Shown: positions 1-12,500 of the stretch, in pieces | Position numbering within the stretch: the stretch's first letter is position 1 | Layout: every line of letters begins with the position of its first letter | From: Zootoca vivipara | Lineage: Eukaryota | DNA: 64,000 bases | Assembly (NCBI RefSeq): GCF_963506605.1 | Contig: NC_083294.1 | Coordinates: forward strand, 17,112,001 to 17,176,000 | Direction of reading: 5' to 3' | Notes under the pieces: model-generated | What the model was told of the DNA's origin: nothing | The model's database searches: none | The model's input: the letters and a program-made list of their open reading frames with translations, nothing else | Program-made: the position numbers and the translations under genes

Positions 1-535
1 CTGGGAGCGGGGCACTGTTTCTGTGGCTCTCAGTGGCCCCAAAAAAACCAGGAGGAAAAATAAATGCAGCTTCTAGGCAACAACTACTACCGTAGCCTGG
101 TAATAGCCTTTGCCTTAATCAATACTAGGACTCGGTCCCTTTAGCTGTGATTCCTGTGTTGCAGAAAGTTCAGCTAGATGACCCTTGGAATGGCTTCTAA
201 CTCTATGATTCTCTAGCAAACTGCAGTCCATTGGCAAGTGATGGGCTTCCTCAAAGAGCTATACTGGGGAAACCTTACTGATTTGCCCCACTCCCCCACA
301 ACTAGGACTTCTGACTCTTCCATTGCTACTGCTACAGGAAAAAGCACCAAATTAGTTCCTGGCTTTATCTTTATCCTCATCCCTCCCCATCCCTTTTCTG
401 TGTGTAGTGTCTTTCAGTTTATGAGCCTGTGCGCAGCGATTCTTCAGCTGAACCAAGACCCTGCCCCAAAATAGATAAATTAAGATTCCAGCTGACAAAG
501 ACCTGGAGAAAGGGCTGGGTTAAATAGGAACCTTT

Positions 536-625
536 CATAGCTACCAAGTTTTCCCTTTTCTCGCGAGGAAGCCTATTCAGCATAAGGGAAAATCCCTTTT
601 AAAAAGGGATAACTTGGCAGCTATG
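536..625. mobile_element. 90-bp MITE with CATAGCT(A/G)CCAAGTT terminal inverted repeats
   Basis: TIRs catagctaccaagtt / aacttggcagctatg; 6-bp flanking direct repeat ACCTTT (530-535, 626-631); second copy at about 27754-27830. Confidence 0.7.
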
Positions 626-3600
626 ACCTTTGAAACTGTCTTCTACTGAGTCAGACAACTGGTCCACCTAGCTCAGTATTGTTTACACTGACTGGCAGCA
701 GCTCTCCGGGGTTTCAAGCAGGAGCCTTTCCTAACACTACATGGAGATGCCATTGAGATTGAAGCTGGGACCTTCTACATGCAAAGCAAATACCACTGAG
801 CTACAACCCTTTCCCAAAGTTAGCCAAGGTAGTTAACATTTCACTCAAAAACTGAGTGTTGCTAACATCACACACACAAAACCCATTGTCTTTTATTCTG
901 AGAATTTGGTACTCTTTGGGAATAGTGGGGGTTGACTGGGTGGGGAGCATTCTGTTTGTGAAATGACAAGTGTCTTTCTCGGGAACATCCTGGCAGGACA
1001 CTCTGTGCCGAGAACAGATTCTCCAGAAATAGCATGGGAGACAGATTTTTATCACGAGGTCCACAAAACACTAGGCCTGCTGTTTCTGCCTCCGTTTCTG
1101 AAAGCAATGCTGCTGTCTATGTGTTTCCAAAGAGGACTGTGCTGGAACATCTTGTCATCACCACCACCTTCCTCACAGCTAGGGAAGGGGAAATCAGTCC
1201 ATTTCAGTTTCTCATTTTTTCCTAATCAGAAGTTTGATTCTCCACATTTTGACATCAGTTTGTGATTTATTCATTTTTTAAAGACCTTGTGGAAATTCAC
1301 TAGCATTTTACCAAGAATTTCTCCAAATGCATGTGTGCACAGAAATCACTTTCCACTACCTCTCATTTTAATTGCATATGGACATCAGTAGAGGCTGCTG
1401 GATCAGGCCAAAGGCAGCCCATCCAGTCAAGCATCCTGTTCTCACAGTGGCACCCCAGATACCCCAATGATAAACCCACAAGCAGGAGCTGAGCAAAAGA
1501 GGAGATCCCTATTGCTAATCCTCTGTGTTCCAAATAAACAAGTTTTCCTATGATTCAGCAGATTCATGGAAAGGGGTGACACCCTTAAAGTACAAAGACT
1601 TCCTTAGGCTGCTGCAAATCTGAAACAACCAAGAAAAACAGGTTTGCAAAGTGCTATTGTGGGGCCACAGCATGACAGCTCACTTTTATGGAGACTGTAA
1701 CAGAGGCAGCAGCTGCATAGACTGAGCACATTTATTGCCCCTCCCTGAAGATCCCTGGGAACCGTAGTTTATCTCATACAGGGCTATAATTCCCAACACC
1801 CTAAACAAACTACAGTTCACAAGATTCAGGGGTAAATTTGCACAGCTGACATCCATAATGTTTTAGTATGGAAAACAAAACATCCTTGTCCATGCAGCCT
1901 GTCCCTCATCTTCTTGACAAGTCGTAACATTCTTGACAGCCGCTCACAATGATCCTAATAGGACTGGATAATGAGCCACCGCCCCTTTTATCCACACTGA
2001 TAGGTAGCTCTAAGATTTTCATAAGCCATGTGGGTTTCTGATGTTAGAAGCCTGACATCATGTGGACATAAGTGATATTCCCACCAAAATATAAGAGTAG
2101 TCAAAGCTGTGGTGGATTGGGGCCTTCCCACTCTTGGGGTCCCTTCCAATGCTACAGTTCTACGATTCTGTGAAATGGCTCGTTTGGAAGCAATGTGCAA
2201 TTTCTTTTTAACAAGGATTCCAGCTACAATGGAAGCTAGTTTTATTTGGCGGGCTGGGGAGGGGAATTACCTTAACATGAAGTGTTGAGCTTTTATTTTT
2301 GCTCAGGCACTGTGATGGATGAATGTCCAAGCCATTACCATCTAAGAGACGCCACAGGTATTTATTCAGGACAGCAAGCCTGCCAAAAAAGCAAGCCTGG
2401 GATTTGGCAGCTAGGGCAGAATGCCTCGCTCAGGGTTGTTGTTGTCTTCGCTATTCCTTTAAAGCCAATTTCTACTATACTGGCTTGATGAATAGACCAC
2501 AAAGATTTGAGAAGTTATTTTAATGTGCACAATAAATTTTAATAGAGGCTGTTCTTGTCTGTGACCAGCAAAGCATGTCCAAAAAAATCTATAACTGAAT
2601 CCATAGAATGGCAGAATTGTGGAGTTGAGAGGGAGCCCAAGGGTCATCTAGTCCAACCCCTTGCAGTGCAGCTTTGAAAAGGTTTTTTTAAAAAAATTAT
2701 GAGTCATTCATCACCCCGCTCAATGTTGTTTTTGTAAGATGGCACCCAATAAAAAAAAACTGAAACAGGATTCCTAACAGTCCCAACTGGCAGTGACTTA
2801 GTGCTCAGGCCTCCCCACAGCAGCTGGGATCATAGAGTTGGGCTAAAGAGGTACACACTCAGGCAGCAATCTTTCAATGGCAACAAGCATCACATAGCAC
2901 AAAGATAGATGAAAAAGTAGAGAGGTGCATCTCCTTTGTCTGTCTGAGTAGGAAGTTTCCAGCTTTGCGCTGGAAACAGTTCCCCCCCCCCCATCAGAAG
3001 CGGGAGGGAAGGAAGGCAGGATGGCAGCCAGTGCTGCTCAAGCACCCCTGGCCATCATTCAAGTCACCCCAGGGTGCCACAGCACACCGGTTGTAAAACC
3101 ACTGCTTTAGATACTTGAAGATGGCTCTCATATCTCCTCTTCTCCAGGCCAAACATCCTCAAATCCCTCAACCATTTCTCATAAGGCTTGTTTGCCAGAC
3201 CCTTCATCATATCAGACACCCTCCTGCTAATCAATATCTTTCTTAAACTATTGTGCCCAGAACTGGACCCAGAACCCCAGGTGGGGTCTGGCTAGGGCAG
3301 AATAGAGAGGTACTATATTATTACCATCCTGTCCTGACTGACAGTGCACAGTTGGGAGCAGGGACTTTCACAGAGCATTGCCCTTGAGGGGTGTAGAAAG
3401 TTACCAAATGCCCTGGCAATTAAGCCTGTGGTTTTATTATTTATTATATTTATATTCCACCAAGGAGCTCAAAGTGTCAAACATGGTTCTCCTCCGCATT
3501 TAATCCCCACAACACCTTGTGAGGTAGATTAGTCTGAGAGGCAGTGACTGGTCCAAGGTCACCCTGTGGAATTCATGGCCAAGTGGGGATTTGATCCTTG

Positions 3601-6482
3601 TCCTCCAAGGTCCTAGTCTGACACCACACTGGCTCACACAAGGAGAAGCCAAGGTAGAGTCATAGGACCAGGTATCCTATTTCCCACAGTTGCCCATTAA
3701 AAAAATGGTTCAGTAAACCCATAATAATCTGGCTTCCTGCTTGTCCAGCAGAATTGGACAAGTATCGTTTTAGCTTGAAACTGATACCTGACATGATTTG
3801 CTCCCTGGACCATTATAACATCTTTTGCCTGGGGCAACAATCAATTATCTAAAATGGATCTGCTCTGGAGAAATGGTCAAGAATGGTAGTTTGTTTTTTA
3901 AAAAGGTGGCCTGGGGGTAGTAAAAAATCAGCTAGGCAACATTTTTGGCAGAAATCGCTAACTGTCAGGATCTGCTTATTATACCACACTTGTTTCCCAG
4001 CCTTAGGAGCAGATCAGGCTTGCTTAATCCAGACTGATCTTTTCTGGAACCAGCTCCCTGTCAAAACAGCTGACCATCTGCTTCCCAGTGCCAAAGGCAA
4101 CAGAATATGACGGGCAGCCTGTTCAAATGACTCTGTTGCCTGAATTGCTTCCTTTCAAATATCTGATGGGATATCATTAATGACAGCTAGGTCATTGAAA
4201 CCTGCCTGTCGGAATCTCCTGCCTGCCCCAACTCTTAAACATTTGCTACAAAAAAAAAATTAAACCTATTTCCCACAGCAAAAATATAAAGTATGGATGT
4301 CACAGATGTGTATACATGCATATTTGTTTATAAACTTGTACCTTCAACCAAATAAAAATAAATAATAATAATAAACCTTCATGCTGGCTCACAACCAAGG
4401 CAATAGAATAGAGTAAAACTGTTAAACTAGATCCATAAAACATCGGCAACTAAGATCAATAAACATTGGAAGCAAAATCTACTTAACAGCTTTTGAGTCC
4501 AGGCACTAAAGTATGAAGCCCTGGTGAAAGAAATGTGTTTTTTTTTTCAGGATCCTCTAAATTGTAGGGCTTAAAAGAGTCGAAATCACTTAGGTACATA
4601 TGAAGCTGTGTTCTACCAAATCAGACCACTGGTCTATCTAACTCAGATGTTGTAAACAGCTTTTAGATGTTTTATGATCAGGCATTGTATTAATTTTTAA
4701 GTAAATAAATAAATAAATCTGTATTGTCTGGCAGCGTATTTCCAAGGTTTCTGCAGGGATTTCTCCCAGTCCCACCTGGAAATGCTTCTGGGGTTTGAAC
4801 CAGGGACCTTCTGCATGCAAAGCATCTGCTCTGCCACTGAGCTACGACCCCTTCCCCAATTTCTGATATTTCTCTTCTGGATGAGGGACACACACACACC
4901 TCACACACACACAGTGCCCTCCACCTAATATGTGCCAAGGAGCCATCACCTGAAGAAGTGATCTTCTGTGCATACAGTGTGCATACAGATTCAGTAATAC
5001 TCCCTCTCAAACATCCCAAATTGTATAAAGAAGGGGTAACCAGCATGCTGCTCCCCAGAGATACTGTGGACTACAAGTTCATCGCTTGCTGTCTGGGACT
5101 GATGGGAGCTGTGGTTCATTACATCCGGAGAGCAACACATTTGCACCTTTGTTGCAAGGGGTGCCCCTTCTTGAATTTAACCTGGAAAGTTGTAACCAAC
5201 AAAGCTACAGAGGGTTGGACAAATTTGTGGAGGAGAAGGATATTACTGGCTACTAGCTACAATGACTATGCTCTGCCTTCATGGTTGGAGGCAGTAATGC
5301 TTTTGAATACCAGTTGCTGGAAACTGGAGGAGGGAAAGGTTGCTGTCAGATCCTGCTTGAGGACTTCCCATAATGAGAATCTGCTAGCCACTGTGAGAAC
5401 AGGATGCTGAACTAGATGGGCCACTTTTGGTCTGATTCAACAAGCTCTTCTTATGTTCTTAGTGGCGGGGATGGGGGGGTGGGGAGATGACAAAGTTGAA
5501 GCCAGCACCTTTAATTCTGAAGTTAATTTATATCACAGGATCTCTGCTCCTTTATGTGTTTGTGTGTGTGGAGAAGTGACCTCACATTAGGAGGGGAAAA
5601 CAACTGGGGGCTTCTGAATAGGCAGGAAACAATTCCTCCCACGAGCAATTACTCCAGGAAAGCAATTTGAGATGGAGGCACTGGTTCCTCATATTGTGTT
5701 TCAATTTGAGGGTCAACAATCCAGCTAGGTGGTGTAGTTCTATAGCTGTAGCAATTGAGTTTTTCTGTGCATCGTGAAGTTGATGGGTACCAGAATCTGA
5801 TGCCGAGACAGCCAGCATATTACAGGCCACCTCAATCTCTGCCAAGCAGTAGCAAAATTCTAGGGCTCTTGGCACTTAACCATGGTTTATGTTCCTTTGG
5901 ACACTAGTGTTTTTAAGAAATCCTGTAGTATTTCTGTACTGTATTGTTTTTAAGAAATATGGTTTATCCACCGGTGGACATTACATCCCAGTAACGTCTC
6001 TTGTTGCTTTCCTAAATTCAGCAAGCTTGGGCCCAGAGCAAAGCCAGCCATGTTTCCCGGTCTTTTGGTGCAGCATCTCCTAGCCAGCACACATTGAGTT
6101 TTGCCCCTCCCTTCTTCTTCCCAAAAACCATTGCTCTAACTACTCAAGCCTCGTGTAAAAAGGGCATCTTTTTTCCTATGGTGACATCATGCCCCTGTAA
6201 CCCTGGCAACGTCCTCTCCCAGCTCTGCTATTGTCTTTTGCTAACATATAGCTTTTGGATGAATTCCACCCCCTTTTTGTCTCTCACCTATTGTCAGGGT
6301 AATGACCCTGCCATCACCTGTCTTTGTTCTTTGATGGCACCTCTGTCAGCCAAACTTCTGAACAGAACTGACACAGCCTATATTTTTACACTGTGCCTGG
6401 CACCTTCCTGTAATACTCCAAATGCTAAATTCTACCATTTACTAGCGATAGTGTTGTTGTTGTTGTTACCCGATGAACTAGG

Positions 6483-6845
6483 TAAAGGTAAAGGGGCCCC
6501 TGACATCAGGTCCAGTCGTGCCCGACTCTGGGGTTGCGGCGCTCATCTCGCTCTATAGGCCGAGGGAGCCAGCGTTTGTCCGCAGACAGCTTCCGGGTCA
6601 TGTGGCCAGCATGACAAAGCTGCTTCTGGCGAACCAGAGCAGCGCACGGAAACGCTGTTTACCTTCCCACCAGAGCGGTACCTATTTATCTACTTGCACT
6701 TTGATGTGCTTTCGAACTGCTAGGTAGGCAGGAGCTGGGACCAAGCAACAGGAGCTCACCCCGTCGCAGGGATTCGAACCGCCGACCTTCTGATCAGCAA
6801 GCCCTAGGTTCTGTGGTTTAACCCACAGCGCCACCTGGGTCCCTC
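6483..6845 (-). mobile_element. Sauria SINE, full length
   Basis: (ACCTTT)n-type tail and gggacccaggtggcgctgtgg head on the minus strand; 16-bp TSD TACCCGATGAACTAGG (6467-6482, 6846-6861). Confidence 0.9.
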
Positions 6846-7739
6846 TACCCGATGAACTAGGAAATGACAAACAGTGAATATATTCAGCTAATGTTTTCAG
6901 ATAGCCTATTCCAAAGTTAGCCCTCTGATGTGACTCACCTAGGGCCAGGGGCATGAATAAGAGTGGTCCAAGCTATCTTGCCCTTGGAACATTCTCTTTA
7001 GCACCAATTTCCTTGGTGGTCTTTGAGTGTCACCCAAAGAAGAAATATTGTTATGAAATTGGGGGGGGGCAGATCCCCATAATTTTTTAATTTAGTAAAT
7101 TTGCACAAACAGAAAGAGTTTTTGAGAGAAAATGAGCTGAAATGAAATAAATAAATTAGGGAAGTTAGGGAAGAAAGAAAAGGAAGAACAGGAAACTATG
7201 GTGAGAGGAAACAATAAACAAACAGATTTAGGAAGGGAGGAAGGAAATGTTAGAAAAGGAGAAGAAAGGAAGCAGGCTGAAAGAAACTAAGGCAGTGCAG
7301 AAGAAATACAGGAAGAAAGGGGGTGAATAAGTTTAGGAAGGAAATAAAAGGAAAAGATTTTGCAGTAAGAAAGGAAATAAATGTTAGGAAATAAGGAAAA
7401 GGAAGAAGATGCACTCTGAGGGGAAACTGAGGCAGAATGGAATAAAGCAGAGGTTTGGAAGGAAAGAAGGAAATTTAGGAAGGAAAGCAAAGGAAGGGGG
7501 AGCATTTTGTGGTTGACTAAGGCATAGAGAAAGTCAGGAGTGGAAACAGAAAAAAGTGGAGAAAGAGAAAATAAACGTTAGGAAGGAAGAGGAGCTTTGA
7601 GGTAAAACTGGAGCAGAGTGGAAGAAAGTGAAGAATGGTTTTGAAAAAGGAAGGAAAGGTTGAGAAGGCATCTGGGGGGTAACTGAGGCACAGGGAGACA
7701 GAAAGCAGACGGGGGGGGGAGAGAGAAAGCCCCACCCAA

Positions 7740-8340
7740 AATATCTCCCTGTGGTGGGAGGGGGGTTGCCTCCATTAACCCTTTCTTCCACTTGCCGCCG
7801 CCCTCTCCCCTCCACTGGCAGAGCCCGGGTCTCGACGTCTTCGCCGCCGCCTCCCCGCTCCTTCTCTTCTCGCGGGCGGAGGGACGGAGGCGGAGGGACG
7901 GAGGGACGGAACAGCCGGGCCGGTTTGAACCAGCGGAAGCGGCAGCAGCAGCAGAAGAAGACGGAGAAGAAGGGGGAAAGGCAGCGAAAGGGACGCCGGG
8001 CTAAGTCTTGGAGGCGGTCCCGTCCGCCCCTCCCGGTGGCTACTGCGGAGAAGGTGGAGGAGCTGTGTTCCCTCGGAGCATGTGAGACCGGGGAAGTAGC
8101 AGCGGAGGGCGGGAAATGGAGGCGGCTTGGCCCGGGTCCTGTTGGTACTGCGCAGGAGGCTGCTGGCGGTGGCGGTAGGCCCGGGAGTTTGCCTTGGCAA
8201 CGAGGCCTTAGGGGGAGGAGGGCCTGGCAAAGGACGGAAGCGGGGCGTGCTGGGCGAAGGAGACAAGCAATGGCCGTTGCGGTTTTAGGGCGCTAGTTTG
8301 GCGCGGGAAGGGAGCCCAAGGCCAGGGGCGGCAGGGCAGG
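7740..8340 (+). promoter_or_regulatory. CpG island, probable PPP1R26 promoter/non-coding first exon
   Basis: Sharp rise in GC and CpG about 1.2-1.8 kb upstream of the PPP1R26 coding exon; X-box-like TTTGCCTTGGCAAC at 8188-8201. Confidence 0.75.
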
Positions 8341-8861
8341 GGAGAAGAAGCGTTTTCCCCACTAATAATTATAATAATAATAATAATGTATTAAGTTTAT
8401 TTGCCGCTTTTTTGCTATGGCAATTCGAAGCGACTTACAGAAAACGAAATACACATTGAAGCGAGGTGTGGCGGAATACGTTCGTCAAAACACCTCATCC
8501 TCCGTACCCATCAGGGCGAGGATTCACCTGCAGAGGCTGTTTCTTTAAAGCGGACACTCAGCGTGTATTTAAGGACACAGGATTTCATTGAAAACCGCCT
8601 TGTGCTGAGTTAGGCAACTGAGTTCCGTCCAGTTCAGTACTGTTTGCACTGACTGGCAGCAGCGGATCTCCAGGGTCCAGTCCTGCCTGAGGATGCCAGG
8701 GGTTGGGATTCAGCATGGGACTCAGCATGCAAGGCAGGTGCACAGGAAGCTACCTTCTACAGATCCAGAGGAACTGGTTCATCTAGCTCAGTATTCATCT
8801 AGCTCACTCATTGGCAGAGTCCAGACGGTCTTTCCCAGCCCTACCTGGAGATGCCATAGGG

Positions 8862-9142
8862 CAGGCATGTGCTAAGTCCGTTTCGGGGGCCTAATCCAGC
8901 CCACTGGTTGGTTTAATCCAGCCCCTGTGGCAATTTATTTCTTGGGGTAAAATCCTAAAAAAAAACCTCAACTTCAATCCTAAAAAACCCCTCAACAACT
9001 TTGGGGTAAAATAAAATTTTAAAAGGTCAATAACTTTAATCCTTTAAAAAAGTCAACAACTTTAGTTAGCCCTTTGGTCGGCCCTCATGGCCCTTCACTT
9101 CATGAAATCTGGCCCTCTTTGATAAAAGTTTGGACATCACTG
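8862..9142. mobile_element. Non-autonomous hAT element
   Basis: CAG...CTG ends, 8-bp TSD CCATAGGG (8854-8861, 9143-9150), internal short tandem repeats; inserted in a SINE. Confidence 0.75.
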
Positions 9143-9548
9143 CCATAGGGGTTTGAACCTGGAACTGAGCAAAGCATGTGCTCTACTACTGAGCTATGGC
9201 CCTTCCCTAAATTTGCATATCCTAATTTACATGTACAGGTACAAGTTTAGAAATTGTGACTGTGACTTTGTCAGTGGTGGTGCATTTGCTTTGCATATAG
9301 GAGGTTCCAGGTTCAATCCTCAATGGCATCTCCAGATAGGACTTAACAGCCCTTCATCTGCTATTGAAAGGGTATTAGTTAATATAGAACATGTCATATG
9401 TAGAATTTGATTGGGAAACTTCAATGCATTGGCTTTCTGCATAACTGGCATTGTGTTAATATGCATCTTTTCTTTCCTTTGTGTTAGGATGGTGTAACAA
9501 CTTGCCTGAGAACCAGTACTTGAGAGGGCCTCCTTGCTACCAATTGGG

Positions 9549-12500
9549 ATGTTTCTCATGAACACCCCCCCTTTGGTGGCCCTCCAGAGGACATGGGAGC
9601 CCTTTGTCCCATCAAGGAACTGCAGGTACCCCATCTGCTTCTCAGAATCTGAAGATGACATTGCTAGGACAGCTGTCAGTGCCAAAGTTCAGGTGATTAT
9701 TAACAACCTCCAGAGCGAAGAGGCATCCTTGGATGCCAGCTGCAGTGAATATGGCTGCCTTATGCAGAAAAAGCAGAAAGGAACCAAGGTCAGGAGCCCC
9801 AAGCTCAGGGCCAGCGGCAGGACGCTGCAGAAACACATTGAATACACCCAGAGTCACAGCCCTGCCGACTCTGATGGCATGGAGGTGGAAGAGAGCTCAG
9901 AATTTGGCCCTCTCTTGCTGAATTCTGATAGTGATGATTCCGTTGACCGAGACATAGAAGAGGCCATCCAGGAGTATCTGAAAAACAAAGGCCAGTGCAT
10001 TTCTCCACTGCCAAGCGAGGCCAAGAATTTGCACAGTGTAGACAATGCAGCTTGTAGTTTGTTCCCTACAGATGGGAAGTTGAATGAGGTTCAGTGCCCC
10101 TGTTCCCGCAATTACTTTGAGGGAGACACTGCTTCCTCCCCGTGCAGTGTGAGCAGCAACGACTCTTTTGAACAGAGCATCGAAGCTGAGATAGAGCAAT
10201 TCTTAAATGAGAAGAAACAGCAGTCAAGGAAAAAGGATATAACACTGGGGCATAGTAAACTTCACCAGAAAGAGACAGTTAGGAACCGGAAAGAAAGTGG
10301 GCGAAGATATCTGAAGCAAGAGCGGGGCAAGGCGCTCTTCTTAAGGCACCACCTGGAACTCGGAGGCACCAATGCTCCTTCTAAACAGGAGTCAAAAACC
10401 AATGGAGAGGAGCTTGGTGACTTCAGTACAACAGGCCAAGCACCCTTGAAAACACCTTTGGCTGGTCATTCCTGCATCCTGGAGCAAAGCAGAAAAGGCA
10501 AGAAAAGGCAGGCACTTTGGAAAGCCAGGGAAAAGCAAACCCTTCAAAGCATAGACATCTCTGATTCAAGTAGTGACGATGGCATTGAAGAAGCTATCCA
10601 GCTGTATCAGCTGGAGAAAACCAGGAAGGCAGCAGACTCCAAAGCAGGCCATGCTCCTTTTCCGAAAGAAGAGTTTGGGGCCATCAGGATAAAAGACATA
10701 TCCGCCAGGTTGATGATCCGTTCAGTAAAAGGTGCCTTGCCAGAGATCCCCAGGAAAGCTTTGAGCAGGAAGGGGAGGCAAAACTGCTCTAAAGCAGCAG
10801 AATTAAATAAGTTCCATACCATTTGCAGCAAGACAGCAGAGAAAGGCAATGTTGGCCATACTCTGGAAGATGGCTTTGCCAAGTGTGCACTCACCTTCCA
10901 GGCCTCTTGCAGGACAGACACTGCTGCTGAGCTGATGTGTGCAGAAGCCATCCTGGACATCTCCAAGACCATTTTACCTCTCCCTACAGGAAGCAGCAAC
11001 AGCAGGTCATTTGCCACAAGTGATCCTTCATTCTGCTCCCAGAGTGTGCCGCCTTTCCAAATTGAAAGTGACAGCGACAGCGTGAACAGCGATGACAGCA
11101 TTGAGCAAGAGATAAGAACTTTTTTGGCGGTCAAAGCACAAGCAGGAGGCCTTGTAGCAAAAAATGAAGGGGTCTCACATATTGCCCAAATTTCTCCCTT
11201 CTCTGGGCAACCATTAAAACTGTCACCAAGTCAAAAAAGGAAACCCAAGGCAGGAAGCAAGCAAGGCCAAAGCACACAACTAGTGCTGTCAGATATGCCC
11301 CAAGGGGAAGGTGGTTTGAGCATACTGAAAAACAATAAGGTTGGAGGGGCAGTGGCTAGCTGCCAACAAGATGCTGTAACCATTGCCAGTTTAATAGATT
11401 TTGGAAACCCTTTGTCACAAGGACAGCTTGGTGCTAGAGAACTTTTTAAAAGCATGGCATGGGGTCAACAGAAGTACATCATAGAGGATAAGAGCAGTTC
11501 TTTTGACAGTGATGAGGACTTGGACACAGCCATCAAGGACCTCTTGAGGTCCAAGCGAAAGTTAAAGAAGAAGCCCAAAGACCAAAGAATCCTGTGCAAG
11601 AAGAGAGTCCGGTTTAGTGAGACAGAGATGCAGATTCTGGGGGATAAAAAAACAGACTACAAACCCAAAGCTCCCTCCTTGCTGAAGAGTTGCCTCATGA
11701 GCCCCGGAATAAACTTTGGGGAAGAGGATGCAAAGAAAGGGCTCCGAAGCATCATGAAGTCCCAAAGTGTAAAAGCCACAGAGTGTGTGTTGGAATTTAA
11801 AAAGGAATGCCACACTAAGTCAGTGGCAGGGCCTAAAACTTGGGATGGAGCAAAAAGCAATCAGTGTCTTTGGGCTGCCACATCCCTGACAGACAACAGC
11901 AGCTCCATGGATAGTGATGACAGCATCGAGCAAGAAATCCAGAGGTTCTTGGCAGAAAAGGCTAAAGATTCCACAGAAGTACCCAGAGCCGATGGGATTG
12001 TTGAGACCTTGCAAATTGATAAACCCCAAACAGCCGTATCTAAAGCCAAGCACCAGCTATTCAGAGACGGAGGCAATACCTTGCTGGAATGGAGTAAAAA
12101 AGCAAAGAAGGCAGGTCCACTTATGATTGTGTTGAGAAGTTCTCTGAAGGCTGAAGAAGAGACAATGCAAAATGTTTCTCATTGTGACATGCAGGTGGTC
12201 TCTTCTGAGTGGGATCTGTGCAGTCAAGGTACTGTGCAAACAAAAAGATCTGGTTTACCTGCAAAACATGCAGTGGTTCAAAGAAAGGTTGGCTATGATA
12301 GCAAGCTTGACCAAAGAAACATTCCACCTGGGAAGGGCAAATCTGAGAACTTTAAATCACAAAATTACTTTAAGTCATTGTCTTCTTTCAAAAGGAAAAG
12401 CCCATATGAGTTCAAAGTTTCCAGCAAGTTTATAGCAGGCCTCAGAAGCACTCAGAATAAAAAAAAACCTGTGCTTGTGGGGAAAGGGCAGGGTGAAGAG

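Noticed and set aside
7751-8296. 181-aa and 163-aa ORFs in the PPP1R26 CpG island
   Set aside because: Low-complexity R/G/P-rich translations of GC-rich DNA with no recognisable domain.
9534-9548. ORF-track start of PPP1R26 at 9534
   Set aside because: TTG start; the homologous initiator is the ATG at 9549.
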